Below, one piece after another: positions 1-9,853 of a stretch of 64,000 nucleotides of DNA. The stretch lies in contig CAVSQW010000012.1 of the NCBI GenBank assembly GCA_963730185.1, positions 288,001-352,000 of the forward strand, read 5' to 3'. Positions within the stretch are counted from its first letter, which is position 1. The number at the start of each line of letters is the position of its first letter. This DNA is from an uncultured Gemmatimonadales bacterium. Lineage in GTDB: Bacteria > Gemmatimonadota > Gemmatimonadetes > Gemmatimonadales > GWC2-71-9. The notes beneath the pieces are model-generated. The model searched no databases and was not told the origin of the DNA. It was given only the letters and a program-made list of their open reading frames with translations. The position numbers and the translations under genes were made by a program.

Positions 1-1145
1 TCTGGGCCCGTCTCAAGGGGGGGAGCCAGCCGGGGTTGGTCCTGCTCCACCACATGGACGTGGTGCCGGCCGACCCGAAGTACTGGACCGTCGACCCCTT
101 CGCGGCCACCATCAAGGACGGGTACCTCTACGGCCGAGGGGCCCTGGACACCAAGTCGCTCGGGATCTCGGAGCTGATGGCGTTCCTGGCGCTCCATCGC
201 GCCAAGGCTCCTCTGGACCGGGACGTGATCTTCGTTGCGACGGCGGACGAAGAGGCGGGCGGCACCTACGGCGCCGGGTGGCTGGCTCAGCACCATCCCG
301 AGGTCTTCCAGGGCGTCGGGTTCCTGATCAACGAAGGAGGCGGCGGGAGCCTGAACGAGGGACGGAAGACCTACAGCATCGAGGTCACCCAGAAGACGCC
401 CCTCTGGCTCAAACTGACCGCCACCGGCAGGCCGGGCCACGGCTCGACCCCGCCGGTCGCGTCGGCGGTCAACCGCCTGATCCGGGCCCTCGACCGGCTC
501 CAGACCTACGAGTTCGCCCCCAAGATCGGGCCGGCGGTGGACGCCTACTTCAAGGCCAGCGCGCCCGGTGCGCCGCCCCAGTGGCAGGACGCGTACCGCG
601 ACATGGCGAGCGCGGTGACGAACCACGAGACCCTGCTCCGCCTCCAGCTCGAGGAGCCGGGCGCCGCGGCCCTGACCCGGAACACCTGCTCGATCACCAT
701 GCTCTCGGGCAGTAACAAGATCAACGTGATCCCGCCCGAGGCCAGCGCCCAGCTGGACTGCCGGCTCCTGCCCGAGCAGGACCACGCCGCGTTTCTCCAC
801 GAGCTCGAAACGGTGCTGGACGACCCCGGGATCACGATCGAGAAGATCCTCGACTTCACGCCGGCCGTGTCGGCCACCGGCACGCCGCTCTGGGACGCGA
901 TCGCGAAGGTGACCCGGCAGCACTTTCCCGACGCCACCATCGTGCCGGCGGTGTCGACCGGGTTCACCGACAGCCACTTCTTCCGGGACAAGGGCATCGT
1001 CTCGTACGGGTACGCACCGTACCTGACCCCCCTGGCCGATGACGCGGGCGTCCACGGCAACGACGAGCGGCTCTCGGTCGAGAACGTGAAGCTGGGGGCG
1101 CGGATGATGTACGAGATCGTGAGCGCGATGGTCGGCAGCCGCTAA
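1..1145 (+). CDS. M20/M25/M40 family metallopeptidase (5' partial)
   Basis: HHMDVVP, GRGALDTKS, DEEAGG, GHGS, TGFTDS and HGNDER motifs. The frame is open to the window edge. Confidence 0.9.
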   Translation, partial: WARLKGGSQPGLVLLHHMDVVPADPKYWTVDPFAATIKDGYLYGRGALDTKSLGISELMAFLALHRAKAPLDRDVIFVATADEEAGGTYGAGWLAQHHPEVFQGVGFLINEGGGGSLNEGRKTYSIEVTQKTPLWLKLTATGRPGHGSTPPVASAVNRLIRALDRLQTYEFAPKIGPAVDAYFKASAPGAPPQWQDAYRDMASAVTNHETLLRLQLEEPGAAALTRNTCSITMLSGSNKINVIPPEASAQLDCRLLPEQDHAAFLHELETVLDDPGITIEKILDFTPAVSATGTPLWDAIAKVTRQHFPDATIVPAVSTGFTDSHFFRDKGIVSYGYAPYLTPLADDAGVHGNDERLSVENVKLGARMMYEIVSAMVGSR

Positions 1146-1151
1146 TCCGCG

Positions 1152-1412
1152 ATGTCGTTCTCCGGCACCCCGGGCGGCATCGCGCTGCTGATCTTCCTGA
1201 TGAACCTGCCGTTCGGGGCTTGGCGGGCCAGGGTCCGGAAGCTCTCGCCCGCCTGGTTCGTCGCGATCCACTTGCCGGTGGCGCTGGCGATTCTGATGCG
1301 GCTCGCGATGGGGGTCCCGTTCCGCTGGGTCACTCTGCCCCTCTACGTGGCGGCGTTCTTCCTCGGTCAGCTGGCGGGGGCGCGCTGGCTGGGGCGGCGG
1401 CATCCGGCCTGA
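1152..1412 (+). CDS. small hypothetical membrane protein
   Basis: 86 aa with three hydrophobic segments (NLPFGAWR...WFVAIHLPV). It follows the peptidase by 6 nt. Confidence 0.7.
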   Translation: MSFSGTPGGIALLIFLMNLPFGAWRARVRKLSPAWFVAIHLPVALAILMRLAMGVPFRWVTLPLYVAAFFLGQLAGARWLGRRHPA

Positions 1413-2097
1413 CGTCCGCCGGGTCCTCGCTCGACCGGACAGCCTCCACCACCGCCTCGAGGGTGGCGGCGAGTCGCCGCCGCTCCTGCCGGTAGCGCCA
1501 GGCCCAGAGGAGCCGCCCACCGAGAAAGCCCGCGAGGGCCGCGGCCAGGAACCCCAGTCCCTTCGCCGGGCCTGGTACCAGCACTCCCAAACTCTTGAGC
1601 AGCACCAGGGTGGCCACGCCGGTCATCGTTCCGCCGCCCACCAGCCAGGCGAGGGCGCCGTCGCGAAAGTTGCCGAGAACCCGGACCAGGGTGCCATCAC
1701 CGCGGGGGAGGACCGACACGTAGCGGCCGCCGCCGGCATCGCGGGCCCGCCATTCGAGACCGTTCTCCCGGGTCTCGAGCACCCCGTGCCGCTCCATCGC
1801 ACGTCGGATGGCGAGCGCCACGTCGGCCTGGTCGATCCGATCGAACGGCACATCGACCGTCTGCTCGTACTGCGGCGCCGCGGGGGTTCCGAGCAGGGGG
1901 CTCGGGGTGGACGCGACCCGCCGGTCGAGCGCGCCCGCCGCCGTCTCGACGGCGGCGGGGTCGATCCCCACCTCCGCGGCGACCTCCTTGAGCTGAGCCA
2001 GAGTCATCCCCTCGGCCCCACCGACCCGCGTCTCCGCGGCTCGCTGGAGGATGATCGCGACTTCTTCTTCGTCGTAGCGGCGTTCCGTCATTGGCAT
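1330..2097 (-). CDS. hypothetical membrane protein
   Basis: Real start is likely MPMTERRYDEEEVAIILQRAAE, followed by GMTLAQLKEVAAEVGIDP and two C-terminal TM segments. The upstream part of the 447-aa ORF is shadow of the next gene. Confidence 0.75.
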   Translation of the reverse strand: MPMTERRYDEEEVAIILQRAAETRVGGAEGMTLAQLKEVAAEVGIDPAAVETAAGALDRRVASTPSPLLGTPAAPQYEQTVDVPFDRIDQADVALAIRRAMERHGVLETRENGLEWRARDAGGGRYVSVLPRGDGTLVRVLGNFRDGALAWLVGGGTMTGVATLVLLKSLGVLVPGPAKGLGFLAAALAGFLGGRLLWAWRYRQERRRLAATLEAVVEAVRSSEDPADVRPDAAAPASAPPPADRGRTPPRRGAE

Positions 2098-2114
2098 CCC
2101 CTCGGGTTCCCCGC

Positions 2115-4448
2115 CTACGGCGAGGGCGGGGTGATCAGGTAGTCCACCGGCGGGACATCGCCGAGCAGATTGGCGACGAAGTAGTCCCAGGTCCGGCGGA
2201 TCACGTACGGGTTCTGGGTGAGATCGTGGTTGGCGTCCGGAACGATCAGGAAGTCGAACGACTTGTTGGCTTTGACCAGAGCGTCGACCAGCGAGATCGT
2301 GTTGGCCGGATGCACGTTGTCGTCCAGATCGCCGTGGATCAGGAAGAGCTTGCCCCGGAGCTGGGCCGCGTAGGTCTTGTTCGCCGCCGCGGTGTAATTG
2401 TCGGTCTTGGCCGTGGTGTCGCGGGTCAGCAGGCCCTGGAACCGCTCGCCCCAGCCGTGGTAGTAGGTCCGGTTGTCGTGGTTGCCGGAGCTCGAGACCG
2501 CCACCTTGAAGAACTCGGGATGACTGAGCAGCGCATCGGTCGACGCGAAGCCTCCACCCGAGTGACCGTAGATCCCCACCCGGTTCAGGTCGAGCGAGGG
2601 CATCCGGGCGGCGAGCTGCTCGATCGCCGCGATGTGGTCGGGAATGCCGTTGTCGTGCATGTTGCCGTACCACGAGGTGTAGAGCGCCTTGGCCCGGGAG
2701 GTGTTACCGAGGGCGTCGATCTCCAGCACCGCGAAGCCCAGCTCGGCCAGTGCCTGGACCTGGCCCGCCAGGGAGTACGTGAAGGGCTCCCGGTTGGGGA
2801 AGAAGTCCTTGCTCACCGGCGAGATCAGCGGCCCGGGGTAGATGTGGTCGATCACCGGATACTTCCGGGTCGAATCGAAGCCGCTCGGGGTGTAGACCAC
2901 TCCCCAGATGTCGGTCACGCCGTCGCGCGCCTTGGCGGTGAAGACCCGGCCCGGCTTCCAGCCGGTGGCCAGGAGGTCGGCGATGTCCGCCCGCTCGAGC
3001 TCGGTCACCACCTTCCCGTCGGGCCCCCGGAGCACGATCACCGGAGGCTCGCTCACGGTGGAGTAGGCGTCGACGAAGTACTTGCCGGACGGCACCGCCC
3101 GGATCTCGTGATTGGCGTTCTCGGGCGAGAGTAGCGCCAGCCCCGAGCCGTCGAGCCCCACGGAATAAAGCCCGAGATAGTCGGGATGACGCCCAGCCTC
3201 ACGGCCTCGGGCCGTGAAGTAGAGCCGGCCGGCCGCCTCGTCGACCCAGAGCAGCTGCGAAACCGTCCATGGCCCCCGGGTGATCTGGTGCTTCATCGCG
3301 CCGTCGGGACCGCGGAGGTAGAAGTGGGCGAAGCCGTCGCGCTCGGCGAACCAGACGATGTCGCCGTCCCCGAGTACCCGCCAATTGGGCCCCCCGCCCA
3401 ACGCGGCGGAAAGCAGATCGGTCATCCCGATCACGTAGCTCCGACTGCTGTCGGCCAGGAGCACCCGCGCGTCGCCGGTGGCCGGGTCGGCGGCCAGGAG
3501 CTGGACCCGCTTCGGCCCCCGATCGACGCTGGTGAAATAGACCCGGTCGCCGGCGGCGCTCCACTGAAGCTGCTCTGGGGGACCGCCGCCGAAGCTGTAC
3601 ATCGACATGGTCGGCTGCGGATCGGCCTTGATTTTGATGACCGAGCGGCTCCCCACATCGGCGAGATACCACTCCGACATCCCGACGACCGAGTCGCCCG
3701 GGAGGGCGTAGGGATAACTGTACTCCGTCGGCGGGATGGTGGTCGAGCTGATCAGGTGGAACATGGTCATCCCGCGCTCGTCGTAGCGCATCACGGCCAG
3801 GCGCTTGGAGTCGGGTGACCAGATGATGGTGGGCCGGCCGGCCCGCTTGATCCGGATCTGGGTGGGACGCGCGGCGCCTTCGCCGTAGGCGTAGCCCTTC
3901 TCGCCGTCGGTGGTCAGTCGGATCGAATCGCCCCCGGCCGCCGGCCGGAGCCAGAGATCGTAGCTCGAGACAAACGCGTCCCAGCGGTCGTCGGGCGAGC
4001 GGACGAACCGAGTGCGATCGGGCACGGTGTCGGCGGCGGCGCAGCGATAGCTGGCCAGCTCGCAGCGGAACCCCCGCTTCCCGATCCGGAGCCGGAGCGC
4101 GCTCTCGTCCTTCCCGTCCCGGTCGAACCCGACCGTCGGGAACGGCAGCTTGCCCGGGTCGATCGCGGTATCGGCGGCGACCGAGAGCGCGGCGGCGAGG
4201 CGGGCGTTGTCGAACAGCTGGGCTTTGCTCCCGGTGGCCGGGCTCACGGTCATGAACTCGAAACCGCGACGGGTGTGCACCCGGTAGAAGAACCGGGTGC
4301 TGTCGCGGTACCAGGTCGGGAGGACTTGATCGTGGTAGACCAGGCGCATCGCGTTCCAGGTCAGGAACTGCTCGGCGCGGTGGTAATCCTGCGCGGCGAG
4401 GGGACTCGCGGCGAGCAGGACGAGGGCGAGCGAGGTGAAGCGACGCAT
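2115..4448 (-). CDS. S9 family dipeptidyl-peptidase IV-like serine peptidase, secreted
   Basis: Signal peptide MRRFTSLALVLLAASPLAAQ, beta-propeller region, GHSGGG nucleophile and HGDLDDNVH...H catalytic motifs. Confidence 0.93.
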   Translation of the reverse strand: MRRFTSLALVLLAASPLAAQDYHRAEQFLTWNAMRLVYHDQVLPTWYRDSTRFFYRVHTRRGFEFMTVSPATGSKAQLFDNARLAAALSVAADTAIDPGKLPFPTVGFDRDGKDESALRLRIGKRGFRCELASYRCAAADTVPDRTRFVRSPDDRWDAFVSSYDLWLRPAAGGDSIRLTTDGEKGYAYGEGAARPTQIRIKRAGRPTIIWSPDSKRLAVMRYDERGMTMFHLISSTTIPPTEYSYPYALPGDSVVGMSEWYLADVGSRSVIKIKADPQPTMSMYSFGGGPPEQLQWSAAGDRVYFTSVDRGPKRVQLLAADPATGDARVLLADSSRSYVIGMTDLLSAALGGGPNWRVLGDGDIVWFAERDGFAHFYLRGPDGAMKHQITRGPWTVSQLLWVDEAAGRLYFTARGREAGRHPDYLGLYSVGLDGSGLALLSPENANHEIRAVPSGKYFVDAYSTVSEPPVIVLRGPDGKVVTELERADIADLLATGWKPGRVFTAKARDGVTDIWGVVYTPSGFDSTRKYPVIDHIYPGPLISPVSKDFFPNREPFTYSLAGQVQALAELGFAVLEIDALGNTSRAKALYTSWYGNMHDNGIPDHIAAIEQLAARMPSLDLNRVGIYGHSGGGFASTDALLSHPEFFKVAVSSSGNHDNRTYYHGWGERFQGLLTRDTTAKTDNYTAAANKTYAAQLRGKLFLIHGDLDDNVHPANTISLVDALVKANKSFDFLIVPDANHDLTQNPYVIRRTWDYFVANLLGDVPPVDYLITPPSP

Positions 4449-4584
4449 GGAAAAGAATTCCGGTCGGATGGGAGGACGATTCGCGAGCTTGACGAGCGGG
4501 TGCGAGCAGCGCACCCTAAGATACCGTCGGGCATCGAGACCGTCGACCCGACGAGCCGTCCGCTCCTACCCCGGAAGACATCAC

Positions 4585-5328
4585 ATGCCGCGCCCCTTCG
4601 CCAGTCTCCTGGTCCTGGCCCTCGTGGCCCCGCCGGCCAACGCTCAAACCACCGCGATCGTGGGTACGACCCTGATCGACGATCGCGGCGGTCCCCCCGT
4701 CAGCCCCGCCACGATCCTGATCACCGACGGGCGAATCCAAGCCGTCGGACCGAGCGCCTCGGTGCGGGTGCCGGCCGGCGCCCGCCGAATCGACGGGGCG
4801 GGAAAGTTCGTCATCCCCGGCCTGATGGACGCCAACGTCCACCTCGTGTTCGGGATTGCCAAGACGGCCGACCGGTTCCCTCCTCGGGTGCCCTGGGTCG
4901 GGCTCCTCCGCACCGCCGACCAGAACGAGCGACGCCTCATCGCCGCCCACGCGCCCCTGCTGCTCGCCGCCGACGCGGGGATCACCGACCCCGATGCCTG
5001 GGCCGCCCTGCCGAACGATCAGAAGATCGACAACTCCACCGCGCTCGGCTCGGCGCACTTCACCTGGTTCGACGCGATGGCCGAGAAGGGGATGGCGCCG
5101 ATGGACATGATCCTGGCCGCGACCCGGAACATCGCGATGGCCTACCACGTCATCGACGACTTCGGGACGGTCGAACCCGGCAAGCGCGCCGATCTCCTGC
5201 TCCTCGACGCCGACCCGCTGGCCGACATCGCCAACGTTCGGAAGATCTCGATGGTGATGAAGGACGGCGCGGTGGTCGATCGCGAGGCCCTGCCGCTCCA
5301 CCCGATGCTGACGGTGCCGCGATCGTGA
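4585..5328 (+). CDS. amidohydrolase-family protein, internally deleted (possible pseudogene)
   Basis: N-terminal IDGAGKFVIPGLMDANVH and C-terminal AATRNIA...GTVEPGKRADLLLLDADPL are present, but the protein is only 247 aa. Confidence 0.7.
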   Translation: MPRPFASLLVLALVAPPANAQTTAIVGTTLIDDRGGPPVSPATILITDGRIQAVGPSASVRVPAGARRIDGAGKFVIPGLMDANVHLVFGIAKTADRFPPRVPWVGLLRTADQNERRLIAAHAPLLLAADAGITDPDAWAALPNDQKIDNSTALGSAHFTWFDAMAEKGMAPMDMILAATRNIAMAYHVIDDFGTVEPGKRADLLLLDADPLADIANVRKISMVMKDGAVVDREALPLHPMLTVPRS

Positions 5329-5338
5329 CCGGCGTCGC

Positions 5339-6316
5339 TTAAGGGGTGACCACGCCGGTCATCCGAACCACCTCGAAGTCGCTCCCTTTGAGCTGCTTCA
5401 GGGTGTTCATCTCGCCGTCGTTCCAGCGGGCGTCGGCAACCCCGGAGAGATACCAGTCGCTCCCGTTGTCGGCGACGATCATGCCGTACTGCTTGAGGGC
5501 CGCGAGAATCACCCGGGCGCTGGCCGGGTAACCGGAGTCGTCGAACGACCCCTTGAGGCGGACCCGCATGCCCATCGGCGGACGGAGCGGATCGGTGTCG
5601 CTGCTGGCCCAGTGACGGGCCGGAGAGACGTAGGCCTTCCGGGTGTGGCTCACGGTGAAGCGAAGGGCATGGGTGATCTCGCCCGCGGCCACCTCGTCGT
5701 AGCGCACCAAACCCGGCAGGATCGGGAGTCCGGCCGCGTCCGCCGAGGTCCACCCGGCGGGGCGGAGGGCGTTGGACGAGAGATCGAAGATCGCACCCGA
5801 TCCGGCGTGCCACGACCCGTTCGGCTGCGGGTAGGCCGCATAGAGCTCATATAGGATCCAGCGGTCCCGGTCCACCACCAGCACGTGACGGTCGCCGTTC
5901 GAGCCGGCGCCGCCCTCGATCGGAGCGTTGGCCGGGATCGGATAGGGCCCGGGATCGCTCTCGCTCGCGTAGTCGAACGTCACCGCCACCCCCGGCTGAC
6001 CGCCCGCCACCACCAGGTACGGAATCCCGAACGGCCCGCCGTTCCAGTCGGCGCCGAAGTCAGGATGGAACGACTTCCCCGCCCCGATCAGCGAGATGAT
6101 CGCGCCCGAGTTGGGATCGACCGATGCCGTATCCACCGGCCGGTTCCACGGGTTGTCGCCCGGGAAGAGCTGGTGCGGGACCAGATCGGCGTTCAGACCG
6201 AGCGGGCCGGACGAGGGTGGTGGTGCCGGCGGGGTCGGGGCCGGGTCGAGGCCGCCCTGCTCCAGGCTACAGGCGGCCAGGGTCAGCAGCAGCGCGATCG
6301 GGAGTCGGTGAGCCAT
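5339..6316 (-). CDS. conserved hypothetical lipoprotein
   Basis: Lipobox LAAC. Globular body with GDRHVLVVD, RPAGWTSADAAGLPILPGL and HALRFT. Confidence 0.75.
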   Translation of the reverse strand: MAHRLPIALLLTLAACSLEQGGLDPAPTPPAPPPSSGPLGLNADLVPHQLFPGDNPWNRPVDTASVDPNSGAIISLIGAGKSFHPDFGADWNGGPFGIPYLVVAGGQPGVAVTFDYASESDPGPYPIPANAPIEGGAGSNGDRHVLVVDRDRWILYELYAAYPQPNGSWHAGSGAIFDLSSNALRPAGWTSADAAGLPILPGLVRYDEVAAGEITHALRFTVSHTRKAYVSPARHWASSDTDPLRPPMGMRVRLKGSFDDSGYPASARVILAALKQYGMIVADNGSDWYLSGVADARWNDGEMNTLKQLKGSDFEVVRMTGVVTP

Positions 6317-6441
6317 GGCGACGCGGGGTTGCAAGAATCAGGGCAGCCTGGCCGCCACCCGACCGACGTCCTAACCCCTTGTCGCGCCAGTCTCCCCGCC
6401 GGGCTGAGGCAAAGAACTGCACCGCGATCTGCAACCACCTC

Positions 6442-7506
6442 TCATCCCGCCATCGCCCGCCGGCGAGCCACCCCCCGACCCCGCTGGTACCATCCCCGGC
6501 TCCTGGTCACCAGCCGGACGACCGAGAGCATGACCGGCACCTCGATCAGGACGCCCACCACGGTCGCCAAGGCCGCCCCGGAGCGCAGGCCGAAGATCCC
6601 GATCGCAGTCGCCACCGCCAGCTCGAAGAAGTTGCTGGCCCCGATCAGCGCCGACGGGCAAGCGACCGCATGCGATTCGCCCAGGGCACGGTTGAGCAGG
6701 TAGGCAAGCCCGCTGTTGAAGTAGACCTGGATCAGGATCGGCACCGCGAGGATCGCGATCACCAGTGGCTGGGCCAGGATCTGACCGCCTTGGAAGCCGA
6801 ACAGGAGCACGAGGGTGGTCAGCAACGCCACCAGCGAGACCGGGTGCAGCGTCCGAAGCACCCGCTCGAGCGCGCCCGGCCGCGGGGTCAGGACCCGCCG
6901 CCAGAGCTGGGCCAGGATCACCGGGAGCACGATGTAGAGCGCCACCGAGAGGAGGAGGGTGTCCCAGGGGACCCGGATCGCCGACAGGCCGAGCAGGAGA
7001 CTCACCAGCGGCGCGAAGGCCACCACCATCAGGGCGTCGTTCAGGGCCACCTGGGTCAACGTGAAGTTGGCGTCCCCGTCGCTCAGGTTGCTCCAGACGA
7101 AGACCATCGCCGTGCAGGGCGCGGCCGCGAGCAGAATCAGCCCGGCCACGTACGAGTCGATCTGATCGGGAGGCAAGTACCCCCCAAACACCCGGCGCAC
7201 GAAGAGCCAGCCGAGAAAGGCCATCGAGAAAGGCTTGACGGCCCAGTTCACGAAGAGCGTGACCCCGATGCCGCGCCAGTGCTCCCGGACCCGCCCCAGC
7301 GAGCCAAAGTCGATCTTGAGCAGCATCGGCACGATCATCAGCCAGATCAGCGCCGCCACGGGGAGGTTGACCCGGGCCACCTCGAGGCCGCCCAGCTCGG
7401 CGAACGCCGCCGGGAAGGCTCGGCCGAAGAGAATCCCGGCACCGATGCTGAGGAAGACCCAGAGCGTCAGATAGCGCTCGAACCGTCCGAGCCCGGGAGC
7501 GGTCAT
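6442..7506 (-). CDS. acr3: ACR3 family arsenite efflux transporter
   Basis: FERYLTLWV, NWAVKPFSM, AAPCTAMVFVW, GASNFFELAVA and VGVLIEVPVML motifs. Confidence 0.95.
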   Translation of the reverse strand: MTAPGLGRFERYLTLWVFLSIGAGILFGRAFPAAFAELGGLEVARVNLPVAALIWLMIVPMLLKIDFGSLGRVREHWRGIGVTLFVNWAVKPFSMAFLGWLFVRRVFGGYLPPDQIDSYVAGLILLAAAPCTAMVFVWSNLSDGDANFTLTQVALNDALMVVAFAPLVSLLLGLSAIRVPWDTLLLSVALYIVLPVILAQLWRRVLTPRPGALERVLRTLHPVSLVALLTTLVLLFGFQGGQILAQPLVIAILAVPILIQVYFNSGLAYLLNRALGESHAVACPSALIGASNFFELAVATAIGIFGLRSGAALATVVGVLIEVPVMLSVVRLVTRSRGWYQRGRGVARRRAMAG

Positions 7507-8282
7507 GGCGCCTTGGCCGCCGCGCCGCCCGACCGGAGCTGCGAGGCGAATTCGTGGGGAAGCTCGCTGGCCAGGATGCCCGCCACGGTCCGCTCCAGAT
7601 CGTACTCCACCCGCCGGTGCTCGACCCGCCACGAGACCGAGCCACCGTCTTCCGCCGTCTGGAGGTCGAGGACCGCGTAGCCGGCCCGCCAGTCGCCGTC
7701 CTTCGGCCGCCCGACCGACCCGGTGTTCACGAAGGTGATCCCGCCGACGACCCGATCCCAGGGCAGATGAGTGTGGCCGAACGCGATCACGTCGCCGGGC
7801 CGGGCGCCGGCCAGCGCCGCCATCTTGAGACAGAAGTCGTCCGATCGATCGCCGGTCCAATAGAGCGTGTTGAGCGTGGGCGCGCCGTGCACCAGGATCA
7901 GGGCAGGACCGGCGCGGTGACCGCCCCTCGGGCGGAGGTCGAGCCGGAACGGCAGCTCGCCCAGCCAACGTTTGGTCGCGGCCGAGCAATGATTCCCGGT
8001 CCAGGCGAAGCTCTGGTGCGAGAGGGCTTCCTGCCGGGGATCCTCGTAGCGGCAACCGCAGTGCTCCGCGGCGAGCGCGACGGTTGAGTCGTAGTTGCCC
8101 GCCACCCCGGCGAGACCGCGTCCCCCAACCAGCGCGACCGTCTCATCGGGCCAGGGCCCGTAGCCGACCAGGTCGCCGAGGTGGTACCTGGCGGCCACGG
8201 CCGGATCGGCGTCGATCGAAGCCAGCGCAGCCTCGAGCGCCGGAAGATTGGCATGCACGTCGGAAAGGAGCGCGATTCTCAC
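7503..8282 (-). CDS. metallophosphoesterase family protein (ars-operon associated)
   Basis: SDVHAN, GDLVGYG, GNYD, HG and GHTH motifs, plus HCGC. 4-nt overlap with acr3. Confidence 0.9.
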   Translation of the reverse strand: MRIALLSDVHANLPALEAALASIDADPAVAARYHLGDLVGYGPWPDETVALVGGRGLAGVAGNYDSTVALAAEHCGCRYEDPRQEALSHQSFAWTGNHCSAATKRWLGELPFRLDLRPRGGHRAGPALILVHGAPTLNTLYWTGDRSDDFCLKMAALAGARPGDVIAFGHTHLPWDRVVGGITFVNTGSVGRPKDGDWRAGYAVLDLQTAEDGGSVSWRVEHRRVEYDLERTVAGILASELPHEFASQLRSGGAAAKAP

Positions 8283-8291
8283 GGGCGAGCC

Positions 8292-9233
8292 TCAGGGGCA
8301 GCAGTCGGGGCCGCAGCAGGCCCCGGCCCGGTCGCGAACCGGCAGCGGCTTCGCCTCGGCCGGCTTGGTCGCGCGCACGAAGGCGGCCATGAACCGGCCG
8401 TCGATCTGGTCGAGGTTGGCGTCGACGTCGATCCCGGCGCCGGCCAGGAAGGTCCGGGCGTCCTCGCTCCGATAGACCCGGGTCGGCTCGATGCTCGCCG
8501 CCGCGAACCCCGTCTCACCGAGCAGGGTCAGGAACTCCGTCTCCTCCAGCGCTCCGGCCACGCAGCCGACCCAGAGCTCCATGCTGCGCCGGAGGTCGGC
8601 GGGCACGTCGCCCCGAACCACCACGTCGCTCACGGCGAACCGCCCCCCGGGCTTGAGCACCCGGAACGCCTCGGCCAACACCCTCCGCTTGTCGCCCGAG
8701 AGGTTGATGACGCAGTTGGAGATGATCACGTCCACCGAGCGGTCGGGAAGGGGGATGGCCTCGATCTGCCCCTTCAGGAACTCGACGTTCGCGACCTTGG
8801 CGTCGGCCGCGTTCTTCCGGGCCAGGGCCAGCATGTCGTCCGTCATGTCGAGACCGTACGCCTTGCCGGTCGGGCCGACTCGGCGAGCGGAGAGCAGCAC
8901 GTCGATCCCGCCGCCGGAGCCCAGATCGAGCACGACCTCGCCCGGCCGGAGCTCCGCGAGCGCGGTGGGGTTGCCGCACCCCAACGAGGCGAGCACCGCG
9001 GCCGAGGGCAGCTCGGCCGTCTCGGCCCCGAGATAGAGGTCCCGGGTGATCGGATCGACCGTGCCGTCGAAGGCAGCGCCGCCGCAGCACGAGCTGACCG
9101 GACCGCAGCATCCGGCCTCGCCGGAGGCGTCCATGACCCGGCGCGCGGCCGCGCCGTACTTGTCTTTGACGATGCCAACCACGGATTCGAGGTCGGGGTT
9201 CGGCGTGGTTTCCGGGCGTGGCGTGGCGGACAT
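8292..9233 (-). CDS. arsM: arsenite S-adenosylmethionine methyltransferase
   Basis: [25 protein letters not shown] and WVGCVAGA motifs. Confidence 0.95.
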   Translation of the reverse strand: MSATPRPETTPNPDLESVVGIVKDKYGAAARRVMDASGEAGCCGPVSSCCGGAAFDGTVDPITRDLYLGAETAELPSAAVLASLGCGNPTALAELRPGEVVLDLGSGGGIDVLLSARRVGPTGKAYGLDMTDDMLALARKNAADAKVANVEFLKGQIEAIPLPDRSVDVIISNCVINLSGDKRRVLAEAFRVLKPGGRFAVSDVVVRGDVPADLRRSMELWVGCVAGALEETEFLTLLGETGFAAASIEPTRVYRSEDARTFLAGAGIDVDANLDQIDGRFMAAFVRATKPAEAKPLPVRDRAGACCGPDCCP

Positions 9234-9247
9234 GGGTTCCCTCTCCG

Positions 9248-9266
9248 ATCAAACAACGTTGATATG
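9248..9266. promoter_or_regulatory. second putative ArsR operator upstream of arsM
   Basis: ATCAA-N6-TTGATATG, the same layout as the operator at 9650-9671. Confidence 0.65.
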
Positions 9267-9304
9267 TTTTACCGACTTTACCCGACATCCGGGCGAGATC
9301 GGTG

Positions 9305-9640
9305 TCAGCCGCAGCAGCTGCCGAGCACGCGGAGCTTGCCTCGTCCCGCCGCCTTGTCGGTGGCCAGCACGCGGACGACGTCGTGCGCCTCCGCGAGGCC
9401 ATCGGGCGTGAGCGAGTAGTAGGACCACTTCCCCTCCCGGCGGTCGGTCACCAGGCCGGCCTCACGAAGCACCCTGAGGTGAAACGACAGCCGGGACTGG
9501 GCCGCCCCCAGCGAATCCTGGAGCTCGCAGACGCAGTGCTCGCCACCTCGAAGGCGGTCGAGGAGCGCCAGGCGGGTCTCGTCCGACAGCGCCTGGAAGA
9601 GCCGGGCGGCGCGGGCGAGGTCGAGGGCGGCGGTGGTCAT
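9305..9640 (-). CDS. arsR: ArsR/SmtB family transcriptional repressor
   Basis: FQALSDETRL, EHCVCEL, QSRLSFHLRVLREAGLV and a C-terminal CC pair. Confidence 0.93.
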   Translation of the reverse strand: MTTAALDLARAARLFQALSDETRLALLDRLRGGEHCVCELQDSLGAAQSRLSFHLRVLREAGLVTDRREGKWSYYSLTPDGLAEAHDVVRVLATDKAAGRGKLRVLGSCCG

Positions 9641-9647
9641 GACAACC

Positions 9648-9675
9648 ATCATATCAAAGAATCTTGATATGTCAA
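9648..9675 (-). promoter_or_regulatory. arsR sigma70-type promoter overlapped by ArsR operator
   Basis: Minus-strand TTGACA (9675-9670), 16 nt, TATGAT (9653-9648). Palindrome CATATCAA-N6-TTGATATG at 9650-9671. Confidence 0.8.
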
Positions 9676-9853
9676 GAGCAAGCCGGAACGGTCGCTTCAG
9701 CCAAGCCCTTCGAGGGGCGATCGCGGGACCTGCGTCGCCCGCCCGAGAGCGGGCCCCTCGTCGGCGTAGGATCCTGGGGCTCCGGCTTCGGCCGGTTTCG
9801 CGCGGGCGCCCGCCGAGTTGCGACGTCGCCCGGGCGCGCCCCATCTTCCCCTC

